In this document: piece after piece, positions 53,631 through 64,000 of the stretch | How positions within the stretch are numbered: the first letter of the stretch is position 1 | Layout: each line of letters begins with the position of its first letter | Assembly (NCBI RefSeq): GCF_001194135.2 | Contig: NC_068981.1 | Span: 53,015,901 to 53,079,900, forward strand | Source: Octopus bimaculoides | Taxonomy: Eukaryota | Direction of reading: 5' to 3' | DNA: 64,000 bases | Notes under the pieces: model-generated | What the model saw: only the letters and a program-made list of their open reading frames with translations | Database searches by the model: none | Told to the model about the DNA's origin: nothing | Position numbers and translations under genes: made by a program

Positions 53631-55699
53631 CTGCTCCAGAAATAAAAGCTCTCTGAATTTTCTCCATTCTATTCTTACTCTAGTGATTACTTTTTCCAGG
53701 TAGGTTGCTTTTGTTTGGTCTGTTTTTTGTTTGTTATTCTTGAAAAATTTCTGCTAGAATGCATCTTATCATGTAACATGAAAATCAATAAGAAAATCAA
53801 TTTCATGTTGTGGGATTTCATGTTGTGACAAGATCAATGCATGATTGCCATAACATGAGGGATTCCTATACCTGTAAAAGATCTAAACCTATTGTCCATA
53901 AACTGGTAGTTCAAAATCTTATCCAGTTACCCATTTTGCCACTATTTCAATTATTAGTAGGCCAGTATAACACGCTTTACAGATTTGAATTTTGATAATA
54001 CAGTGAAATACAAAGTCCAATGTTAACTTCTATAGGTATGTTGTGAGTAAAACCTGCATTCATTATTAAACTGAAACAGTCTAAAGTTCAGTCAGCTAAA
54101 AGTGTCAGTGCATTAAAATAATTCAACTCAATATATAATCCCATATCTAGAAATGTAAAAGGAAATATGTATTATAAATTGTTGGTATCAATTACTTTCC
54201 TATTTAAGAGTTTATTCAGGTAAGCTTATCTTTTTCTACAACAATGTAACCTATGGAAACTTGATGTGAGATATGGAATGCCAAAACATATGTCACTAGC
54301 TCAATGGTTTTAAAGTTGTCATATTATTGAAATACATAGAAGTGAATTGTGAAAGTGAAAATAAAAAAGAGAAATCAAGTAGATGAATAGAATGACAATA
54401 TTAAAAAAATAAGAGCAAATGTTAACTGTTGTCATTTTACAAATTGTTTTATTTGGGAAGAGTCATTAATAAAGCCTACAAATTTTGCAAATATTTATGT
54501 AAATTAACAACTTAGGTTTTGGTTTCAATTTTCTACTCTTTCTGTTTCGGTTTACATACATGAGTTTATCTGCAACTACTTCCATCCTATCTTTCCACAA
54601 TGACCTGAAACATTCAATTAACGTTATTCTTTCCTCCGGTTCTCTGTTTATTTCTTGCTCTCTTTTTATTTCAAAAATTATTATAAATCAAGTAAAATAG
54701 TAAGATTCAAAACTTATCAACATTCTGATCATGAGTCCCATCACTTGGAGTATCAATGAATACTTCATTTTTATTCAAAGGCTCTGCAGCTTTTTGTGCT
54801 TAGGAACAGGTTCTGCTAGTGATTGTCATGAGTAACACGAAAACTCAATAGTATTCTAAAATTTGATACTTGTTCAGATTATACAATTTCATCTTGACTT
54901 GTTTTTAATTTCATACTCTAGAAATCAATTCAGTTCTTGCAAATATATCTCTCTATTACAGAAAAACCAATACAAATTTTTACAGAAACATATTCAAAGT
55001 CATTGTAAAACTGAGAAGTAAACAATGCACACAGAAACATCTGAACAATTTGTTCTTTATGGAAAATGAATATACAACCATCAACATACAGATATGATGA
55101 AAAACAAACAATTCTGTTTAGCATTTGATAAAGCAGTCGTGGGCAAATTGTGGACCACAGGAGTTTCTGAACAGCACACTTAAAGAAAATAAGATTCAAT
55201 ATTCTTAGCCTGATTCAATATCTCAGCCTGCCTGATGATAAGGCATGCCCCATGTGGCTTGCTTCTCAAAAACAAGTTCCCATGCCTGTGATAAAGGTCT
55301 GTCTGTTGGACAGTAAGAAAGTTAGATGTCAGTGAATAATTTGTGAGCACTAGACAAAGAGCCAGATTTAAGTCAATTAGACAAATTTGTTGAAATTGGG
55401 CCCCACTCCAAGAGAGGCTCCCAAGCACATGCTCAAAAAAATGCTGTTAGGATGAATTTTTAGCATACATCAAATCTGCAATGCTTTTTGGGTGGGACTT
55501 GTGTACTACACAAAGCATAAAACATCAGTTTTCAGCTTTTGTAGAGTAGGAGGTCCCATTGACAATTCTCTAATTAGGCCCTGCACTTCCTAGCGCCAAC
55601 CTTGGCAGGATCTGGGAGGAGACTCACACAATGAGAGATGAAAGTAGGAGAGATAAGTTGGACAAGGAGGGCTTAGGTGTGCAACTATCTCCAAGAAGC

Positions 55700-56130
55700 A
55701 GAGCCAATTATATTAGTAATAAAAGAAGTTGAGTGAAGAGATATCACATCTGTGAGTTAAAATATTGGAATGTGTTGGTGAATGAGTTCTTGCTAATCAA
55801 CAGGGGAGTTATTTCTGTCTTTGTATTCTTGTCTAGCAGCAGCCTCATTCCAGATGTCAGCATATTGGCTAGAGTTGATCTCCAACTAATGACTACCCTC
55901 AGAAACTGGGATGTGTCCTGTTACTTGTATGATTTGGGAGTGTCAGCTCAGGCTGTTTGGCCATATTGCTCAATTTGAGAATTTGGCTGGGGTGATGGCT
56001 TGTGCTAGCCAGCCATACATCACATGGTTATGGTGGGTGACAAAGTTTTTCATGGAGATGGGAACTGGAACATTACTCAGCAGGTTGCCTGGGACAACCC
56101 AAGCAAAAAAAGGTCTATGGTGTTAATATA
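55700..56130 (+). mobile_element. Decayed RTE-like 3' ORF fragment
   Basis: ORF 55911-56126: CPVTCMIWECQLRLFGHIAQF, resembling the RTE C-terminal R.RQLRLFGHVAR. Confidence 0.55.
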
Positions 56131-56393
56131 TTTATGGGGCATCAGTCCAAGAAAGGTTATCTGCTTGTCTGTACTCAGAGCTCCCTTTATCCTATATTAG
56201 CTGTGGTGAGAGCAGAATTTCTAGACAGATGGCTTTTGTTGCAGATGTAGAAGCCACATCTTGTTATGTATGATTCTCTAATTGGAAATTGCAGGTTCAC
56301 ATAGCTATCAGAAAATGCATTCAGAGAAAGTGAATAAGAGAGAGAGATGGGATGGAACAGAGATAGGAAATAAGAAAATAACTTCAATATATA

Positions 56394-56530
56394 GGCACAT
56401 GTGGTAAGAAGTTTGCTTCCTAAATGCAGATTCACTCCCACTGTGTGGCACCATGAGCAAGTGTCTTCTACTATAGCCTTGAGCTTACCAAAGCCTTGTA
56501 AGTGAATTTGATAGACAGAAATTGAAAGAT
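56394..56530 (+). mobile_element. tRNA-derived SINE (family B) head
   Basis: gtggtaagaagtttgcttcc...cagattcactcccactgtgtggcacc.tgagcaagtgtcttctactatagcc. Homologous to 5648-5800. Confidence 0.8.
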
Positions 56531-56766
56531 ATCTATATCTATATATATATATAATCCTTTGTCTCTCTGTCTGTTCCCAATGCATTCTCAAATGGCTCAA
56601 CCAAATCAAATCAAATTTTACATGGTAATACTATCAGACCTCGTGAGTGTCAACACGTAATTTTTTTGGATTAAAATAATGCAACATCGGCACCAGTTCC
56701 GTATTACATGTCAAAATTCAAAGAATAAAAGTGAAACAATAACATGTATATTGTAATGTGATATAT

Positions 56767-57065
56767 TGTTTCACTTTTATACTTTTACTTTTAATTCTAA
56801 CCACAACAACTATGACGTCACATTTTGTGTATGACTGTGTATCTGTCTGTGAATGTATGTGTGTGAGTGTATGAATGTGTATATGTCTCACAATGTGTGT
56901 GTCTTTCCACATCAGTTATGTATGTTATTAAACTCATTATATGTTTCACTTAAATACTTTCACTTTTAATTCTAACCACCTCCACATGTTGAATGTATGA
57001 GCGTGTATATGTCTCACAGTGTGTGTGTCTTTCCCTGTTAGGTATGTTATTAAACACACTATATG
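56767..57065. repeat. Tandem duplication, period 175 bp; second copy internally deleted
   Basis: tgtttcactt...cttttaattctaaccac...gtgtatatgtctcaca.tgtgtgtgtctttcc...tatgttattaaac, starting at 56767 and 56942. Confidence 0.85.
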
Positions 57066-57109
57066 AATGTTATGGATGGTCAGTGTCAATACGAAATTTT
57101 ATTTTCATT

Positions 57110-58760
57110 TACATTAAAACAATATAACATTTCATAGAGATGATCACCACCATATTTATATATATCTGCACCTAGTCCATCCATACCAGGGGCCTTTCCA
57201 TTGTTCAAATTTCAGCCAGGTTTGGAACTTCTGCTATAAGATGTTTTATTGATCTCTTGGGTATATTATCAAGAAAAGAGAGATCAACTTCAGTGAGTCT
57301 ATTGAGCATCTCATCAAAATGTACTTTCCATCTCCCAACAATATCTTTAGGATTTGTTAATAATTCTGTGCCATCCTTACTCTGAAGTGGCGCAACCTTT
57401 GATGAAACTGGTCCATAAACTTTTTTTAAGAGAGAGTATGACTGCTTGGAATTGTTAGCATTTGAAGTTTCTTGGATTTCATCGCATCTATTACTCCACC
57501 AATTTTCCTGCATCGTCCGTAGCTTCCTCTGCACTGTTGCTTTTTACTGCCTTAAAATATGTAACCACTGTCCTGTTTGTTGACATGTCAACATTTTGCA
57601 ACATGTTAAATGCCTTTCGCTTCTTCTCTAAGATAAGATTAACTTCATCATTATTGTCAAACCAATCTTGGTGTTTTTTTACAACAAAGCCAAGAATGTT
57701 ACTACAAATCTCATACACTCTTTCTTAGAATGACTTCCAGCTTCCATCACAGGACAAATTATTTATCTCACTCACAAACTCACTGTGTACTGACGGAATC
57801 TTAAGTTTATTGACATCAATCTGTTTAGGTGATTTGTCATTATTTGCTCTAACAAAATTCTTGACAACAAAATTCACCTTGGCACGCAAAAGCCTGTAAT
57901 CAGTCCAGCACTCTGCACCACATATCACTTGTTCAATAGCAAAGTCCCTAGTATCACGTTTCCTGGTGAAGAGGTAATCTATAAGATGCCATTTCTTAGA
58001 ACCAGTGTGCACTCATGTCGTTTTGTACTTATTCTTTAGTCAAAACATTGTATTCATGACACACAAATCCATCTCTACACACATTTGTAATAATAACAAA
58101 CCATTACTGTTGGAACTCCCAACCCCATGCTTTCCTAGGACACCCCAAGTCTCCCAATCTGCATCAACGCGAGCATTAAAATCACCCAAAATGACAACTT
58201 TGTCATCATGGGGGATATTGCGTATAATCTCTGTAAGTGATAGATAGAAGGCAAGTTTATCATCCTCTGATGAATTCATAGTTGGAGCATATGCACTTAT
58301 GAGTATTGCATAGCGACCTTTTCTTAATGGCAGTCTTAAAGACATTAAAACAATCCGAATGACCACATGGTAGTTCCTCAAGTTTTGAAGCCAGAGTGGT
58401 TTTGATAACAAATTCCACTCCTGATTCTCTCTTATAAGTCTCCTCTCTTCCGCTCCAAAAGAAATGATACCCAGCAGATTTCCCTACGAAATTCCTCTTT
58501 CCATAAATTCTTGTTTTGGCTAATGCTACAACATCCATATCATATCGCTGTAACTCTTTTGCAACAAGCACGGATCTTCCCTCTGGATGAGATTTCAAAC
58601 GATCATTGTCTAATAACGTTCGAACATCCCAACATCCTACATTCGTAGGCTTGCATCTTAACTTGAATTTACTCACAGTTGCAGGATGACGACCAGATCC
58701 AGGCTGTGGTGCCCTGGGACACCTGCCGGGCCAGACCACAGAACAAAATGTTCCAGAGCC
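57110..58760 (-). mobile_element. RTE (BovB-like) LINE: APE endonuclease, linker and start of RT; 3'-truncated
   Basis: VGCWDVRTLLD...VAKELQRYDMDVVALAKTR, ISAYAPT, ILGDFNARV, WHLIDY, CWTDYRLL, and NGKAPGMDGLGADIYKYGG at about 57130-57205. Several frameshifts. Confidence 0.93.
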
Positions 58761-59016
58761 CTTTTTGCCATTTACTTCATTATCAATATGAACTTACATT
58801 GTTTAGATGTGCCTTTTTAAGCTTCGGCCAGCCATGTACATACAAAATGTCCATTTCTTTTTCCTCTCCAACAATACCTGTGCTTGACACTTTTTAAAGT
58901 GAGGAAAATTTTTGCACAACAACCATTCCCACTCTCTAAACTACAAAGCATGATCCAAAACTAAGAGCAAGTCGACATCATTGAGTGCATTTGCAATCAC
59001 AGGTTTTATCATCACT

Positions 59017-59213
59017 ACCATCATCACTACAAGAACTGGAGACTGTTTTAGCTGAAGAATGGACAAAAATTCCTTAGGAAACAATTCAAACTTTGTACGA
59101 GTCTATACCTCATAGAATTCAAGCTGTAATTACTGCCAAAGGCGGTCCTACCCCATATTAAAATAAATTTGCTTGAAATTTTAAGGTGTTTCCATTATTT
59201 TGTCCAACTCCTG
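59017..59213 (+). mobile_element. Tc1 3'-end fragment (same family as 62636-63870, opposite orientation)
   Basis: accatcatcactacaagaactggagactgttttagctgaagaa...ggcggtcctacccc...ttattttgtccaactcctg|TA matches the reverse complement of 62636-62815. Confidence 0.9.
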
Positions 59214-59824
59214 TATATAAAAATACCAACAAACCCAAAGACTGCACCAACAAAGCGGTTTCCTGCATGGACTTCAGTATCAAAGCATATTTTCCAATTA
59301 CTCCCAACAACTACACAGTAAGTCATTATGCCTTATTTTTGCAAATAATTCATTACTACATATTCTCATGTCACTGCATAGGCTCACTTGATGTTTCTTA
59401 TTCTGCAGCCACACCAGCAACCCAATGTCAACCCTTCACCTTCTGTAACATTTCAACAGTTCACTTCTCTGTTGCCGTCTCTCTTTGAAGCCCATTTCTG
59501 GAATGTGCCCATTTCTGGAATGTGCCCATTTATGTACAATATCTCCATTACTCCTCCATTCATTTGATTGTCAACAATACAATGGGTTGTGTTAGACGCA
59601 GCGCTGACTGTCTCAAAGGTGACTATATCCACTGTCAGCTTTTCAGTGGGTTCAAATATTACATACCCTACACTTCCAATTTTCCATGACAAGTTAGGGC
59701 CTGGAATCCTCCAAACGGATGTATTACATGTCGCTTAGTCAAATTAGACAATCATTTGCTCCACAAATGTTTTGTCATCAATGCTGCACTTTTCCATATC
59801 ACTTCTTTCAACATAACTATAATA

Positions 59825-60163
59825 TATGGCACTTGTGCCCGCGGCATGTGTAAGGACTTTCGAGCGAGATCGTTGCCAGTGCCCCTGGACTGGCTCTTGT
59901 GCGGGTGACACATAAAATACACCATTTTGAGCGTGGCCGTTGCCAGTACCGCCTGACTGGCCTTCGTGCCGGTGGCACTTAAAAGCACCCACTACACTCT
60001 CTGAGTGGTTGGCGTTAGGAAGGGCATCCAGCTGTAGAAACTCTGCCAAATCAGATTGGAGCCTGGTGTAGCTATCTGGTTTCACCAGTCCTCAGTCAAA
60101 TCGTCCAACCCATGCTAGCATGGAAAGCGGACGTTAAACGACGATGATGATGATGATGATGAT
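59825..60163 (+). mobile_element. Young, CpG-rich (GAT)n-tailed RTE-3'-end repeat with internal ~65-bp tandem units
   Basis: Ends cccatgctagcatggaaagcggacgttaaacgac(gat)n. Units begin gtgc at 59835, 59899 and 59966. Confidence 0.85.
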
Positions 60164-60219
60164 ATATAGATATTAATATTTCTAAGTCTCTCTAAAAGAG
60201 ACTACAGCAGCGGTACTGG

Positions 60220-60555
60220 ATATTAATAGTTATCGCCAAGCCAACATGGCAGTCCCCAAAATAGGAAAACCAGTGGACGTATTCCACTGAAATTAGATAA
60301 ATAATCCTTCGTACAGACAGTCAGTAGCGACGCCTCATGGGTTTGGCTGCTCTATATTGACAAGGGGCAATACCCCGAAACTAGTCTGTAGATGCCAAAC
60401 CAGCAAGGGGAAGCGGCTGACCTCCCCTGTTCGAAGGTTATAAAAGACACAGGTTCGTGTGTCACATAGCTAGCTAGAGGCGATAGCGTCTGGAGCTAAT
60501 CAATGGCAGCATTCATCCTATTTTTTGGAGTGCCATGTTGGCTTGGCAATAACTA

Positions 60556-60562
<7 letters not shown>
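60220..60562 (+). mobile_element. 343-bp element bounded by 47-bp inverted repeats, carrying a hammerhead fold
   Basis: Inverted repeats at 60220-60266 and 60516-60562 (43/47 identical). The right end abuts (TA)n. Confidence 0.8.
60340..60401 (+). ncRNA. Type-I hammerhead ribozyme (U3-A8 core variant; 2-bp palindromic stem III)
   Basis: Stem I TCTATA(60351-56)/TGTAGA(60387-92), extended by GGTTTGGC(60340-47)/GCCAAACC(60394-401). Core TTGACAA 60357-63; stem II GGGG-CAATA-CCCC; GAAA 60377-80; C-TA-G-T-C with a GUC triplet at 60384-86. Confidence 0.75.
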
Positions 60563-60587
<25 letters not shown>

Positions 60588-60589
<2 letters not shown>

Positions 60590-60634
60590 AACTATACCGT
60601 TTTAACCCTGAGCAACGCTGGGTATCTCTGCTAG
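60588..60634 (+). mobile_element. Helitron-type 3' terminus (hairpin + CTAG|T)
   Basis: ACCC(TG)AGC-AAC-GCT-GGGT hairpin at 60605-60623, 7-nt spacer, CTAG at 60631-60634 followed by T. No 5' end identified. Confidence 0.6.
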
Positions 60635-60666
60635 TATATATATATATATATGTGTGCATGTGTGTA

Positions 60667-60698
<32 letters not shown>

Positions 60699-60900
60699 CC
60701 TTTGTATTTGTGCTTGTCACCCTCCATGGTGTTGGTATGTTCACATCCCTGTAACTTAGCAGTTTGGCAAAAGAGAGTGATAGAATAAGCACCACGCTTA
60801 AAAAGAAAATGAATAATGGGGTTGATTACTTTGCCTAAAATTCTTCAAGGTGGTGCTCTAGCATGGCCACAGTCTAATGACTGAAATAAGTAAAAGATAT
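60699..60900 (+). mobile_element. SINE family B 3' half, after (GT)n
   Basis: cctgtaacttagcagtttggcaaaagag...ggtggtgctctagcatggccacagtc.aatgactgaaa.aagtaaaag. Confidence 0.7.
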
Positions 60901-62534
60901 AGAAATAAATAAAACAAAGGCTAACTGTATAGCAATGTATATAGATAGCGAAGATAAATCTCCCAGTGTGTCAAAAAGCAAGAGAAAAATGTATTGGGAG
61001 AGACTGGAGAATTGAAAGTCAGGATAAGCTATACTCAAAAAGCAGATTTTTGATACTTCATTTTAGTATTCAATTAGATTATAAAAGAATTTAGGATCGA
61101 ATGTCCATTGCAACATCTATAAACAGACAACATGAAAATCAATCTAGGAAGTGTAAAAGAAGCTGATGAGTTGATACTAAGCCATGAGGTCAACAATACC
61201 AAGATATTAGTAGTATAAGTCCTGAAATTCACCTCAGCTATTGGACAACAATAACTCTATATCATAGTTAGTGCAATTTATAAGTTCACAGACAATAATG
61301 CAGTGAAATGTCAAGTGAACAAATGTGTAACAGAAGCTTTAGGTTTCCCACATACATTTATATAATGAATAGAAAGAATAGTGAAACACTACAAGTTGGA
61401 TTTGCCAAACAGTTTGCTGGAAGCAGTTGATATGTTCTGTTTCCTGGTTGGCATTCTTTTAGTTAAGATTGGAAAGATTTCATAGTATATTGTTTAGATC
61501 GTACAAAAGTTTGGAATATTTCATATACATTTTTATATACATTAACAATAGCATGCTATTTCAACTTTTCCATCAATGACCATTCATTTTCAAAGTTATT
61601 GTTTATTATTTTATGTTAGTTTTAACAACAGCTTGCTGATTCAACTGTATGCTAAATGACTCAAAAGGTTTATTAAAATACCAACATTCTGCTTCATCAA
61701 CAGTGTACAATACCTAAACTCAAATACTTAATTTACATTGGTTTATTCCAGCAAGCTTTAAAAACTTTTGATGTTGTAATCTTTGCTATAAACAGCTGGA
61801 ATATTCAGTTTGGATGCCATGCTGAGTTCAAATTAAATCATTGTTATAACTTGAAGAGGAATTTATTTAGCCAGACTGATTCGTTCTAGCAAGACAGCAT
61901 AATGACAACACTACTAGTGATATTCCAATGATGAAATAGGTTGTGTCTCATCATCACCATGTTAGAATTATGTATTTATCATCTTACCTTTTCATTAAGT
62001 TTGAAAGTTGGTTAGCAGCTAATAACAGGTAGGTATGTAGATGAGATATTTTTGCCTTGTTTAGTTTGTGGGCATGCTGTATGACTGATGTTTTCCTCCA
62101 GTTTGTAATTTGTTTAAAAACAGAGCTTTAGTTTCAAAGATTTTCTTGTTTTTAAAATTATAAATTTGGAATATTGTTCTATCATCTTATTTTATATAAT
62201 TGCATTTTGTTTAAAGAAGTGTATGTTTTGAACTTTGGTTCTGCCAATTTCCAATATTATAACATTTGTAATTGTAATATGAGAATATAAATTACTTCAT
62301 GTATTATACTTGTCATTTGAGTGGTTTATTGTGTTGTCAGCTGGTCTCTGGTGGTGACTAGTTGAGTTGATAAATGAAACTGTGTTTCTTGGGTTCTGTG
62401 GAGAAGTATCACCTGCAAACGTCAAACAGATTTTATTATTGCACATAAAGTCAAACTCCACCGTTCTTTTAAGGATAACAACAATAAGAATTACATACTG
62501 GGAGACATATACTGTTTACAACAAGCTACTGATA

Positions 62535-62584
62535 TGGCAACATGTGGCTGGCAACATGTGGCTGGTAACATGTGGCTGGAAACA
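62535..62584. repeat. 14-bp tandem repeat (tggcaacatgtggc) x ~3.5
   Basis: Seen directly. Confidence 0.9.
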
Positions 62585-62635
62585 ACTGGGCTATTTTTGT
62601 GGCAATAGAGATTCTGATCATCTATCTGCCATCTA

Positions 62636-63870
62636 CAGGGGTTGGACAAATTTCAAACACATTTATCTTAATTTGGGGTAGGACCGCCTTTGGCAGTCAT
62701 TACAGCTTGAATTCTATGAGGTATAGACTCGTACAAAATTTGAATTGTTTCCAAAGGAATTTTTATCTGTTCTTCAGCTAAAACAGTCTCCAGTTTTTGT
62801 AGTGATGATGGTGGAGGATATCGACTCCTTACTTGTTTTTCAAAAATGCACTATAAATGTTCAATAATATTGAGATCTGGGAATTGTGGTGGCCAGATAA
62901 GATTTTCAACTTCACTAGAGTGTTCCTCGTGCCATTCAGTAACAACTTTAGCTGTGTGAATTGGTGCATTAACATCCTGAAAGATTGCATTTCCCTCTGG
63001 AAACAGTTCCGCAACCATAGGATGAATTTGATCAGATAAAATGCTTAAATAGTTTTGAAGGGAAACCATTGAGCTGGCAGATTTCCAAGATATAACCCCC
63101 ACTCCAGATCATCACAGATCCTCTTCCATGTTTAACAGTTGGAAGAAGGCAGTCTGGGTCAAATGCTTCTTTTGGCTGTCTGCACACGTATACTCAGCCA
63201 GTGGTCAGAAATAAGGTAAAGAATGACTCGTCTGAGAAAATAACATTCTTCCATTGCTCTAGGGACCAATTCTGTAGGTTTTTACTCCACTCTGAATGCT
63301 TTTCAATGTTTATTTTCGAAAATAGTGGTTTTCTGATTGCAGCCCTCTCATGAAATCCAGTTTTGTGCAGCTCCCGATAAACAGCTTTTGTGGAAACTGG
63401 GTTCTCGAGGTGGTCATTAAGCTCTGCAGTAATTTTAGGAGCTGTACTTTTGTGATCGTTTCTAACAATTCACACAAGAGTCTGATGGTCCCTATCTGAA
63501 TGTTTTGGTTTTCTTCTGGAGTTTTGTTTTGATGAGGTTTTTCCTCTTTCTCAAAGGTTGTCATTACTTTTGAGACAGTACTTCTTGATACACCAAACAT
63601 TTTGGCTGTTTTTGTTACACTAGTGCCTGCCATATGAGCACCAACAATTTCACCTCTTTGAAAGTTCAATAGATCTGTCATTTTAATGAATTTTGATTAC
63701 CTTTTCCTGATGATATCTGAAACGAAACAGCAAATTTAGCAAAACATATTAAGCAACACTAATAATAAATCATAAAGCATAAAAATAAACAAGCTTTTGA
63801 CGGTTTTATAGATATTTCAAAATTATGATGCTATGATGCTAAGTGTTTCTATTATTTTGTCCAACCCCTG
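62636..63870 (-). mobile_element. Near full-length defective Tc1 transposon (DD34E-type transposase pseudogene)
   Basis: TA at 62634-35 and 63871-72. TIR caggggttggacaaa at both ends. Minus-strand fragments MTDLLNFQRGEIVGAHMAG..V...AKMFGVSRSTVSKV, WKNVIFSDES, IFQDVNAPIHTAK, WPPQFPDLNIIEHL. Frameshifts and deletions. Confidence 0.95.
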
Positions 63871-64000
63871 TATCTTAACTATCTTCCTGGGTCATCCGAC
63901 AGTGGCAAGAATGGAGACACATCATGCAGCCATAAAGAGTATAGGCATCAAAAGCTTTTTATAGGGCACAAGAAGATTCCAAAAGATTTAATCATGCAAC

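Noticed and set aside
58690-58760. GGCCCGGCAGGTGTCCCAG on the minus strand at the RTE 5' end, resembling the start of the HDV ribozyme
   Set aside because: I could not find P1', P3/L3 or P2' partners for the double pseudoknot; it folds as a simple hairpin.
63707-63728. CTGATGA...GAAAC hammerhead core words inside the Tc1 element
   Set aside because: No stem II between the words, and no stem I or cleavage triplet geometry.

Overview
AT-rich, microsatellite-rich animal genomic DNA with four assembly gaps. The repeat families look like those of an octopus or other coleoid cephalopod; this is recognition from memory, not a database search. The only host gene I can support is the 3' part of a CAPS/CADPS (UNC-31, calcium-dependent activator of secretion) orthologue on the + strand. 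It has nine GT-AG exons between 14614 and 33173 whose phases join into 283 codons plus a stop. Its upstream exons lie outside the window or in a gap, so 1-14613 is probably intron. The rest is intronic or intergenic DNA holding decayed LINEs (CR1/Jockey-like, Vingi/Ingi-like, RTE), tRNA-type SINEs, DNA transposons (Tc1, Tigger/pogo, piggyBac, Helitron remnants) and foldback elements. The most notable observations are: (i) a complete type-I hammerhead ribozyme fold with a compensatory U3-A8 core inside a 343-bp element bounded by 47-bp inverted repeats (60220-60562); (ii) a TSD-flanked Penelope-like 146-bp foldback with hammerhead-like cores in the CADPS intron; (iii) a candidate alternative CADPS microexon at the position of the vertebrate VKAASKYVDVP insert; (iv) about 8.6 kb without recognisable transposons after the CADPS stop codon, containing several microexon-like units. 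All alignments and folds were done by eye.
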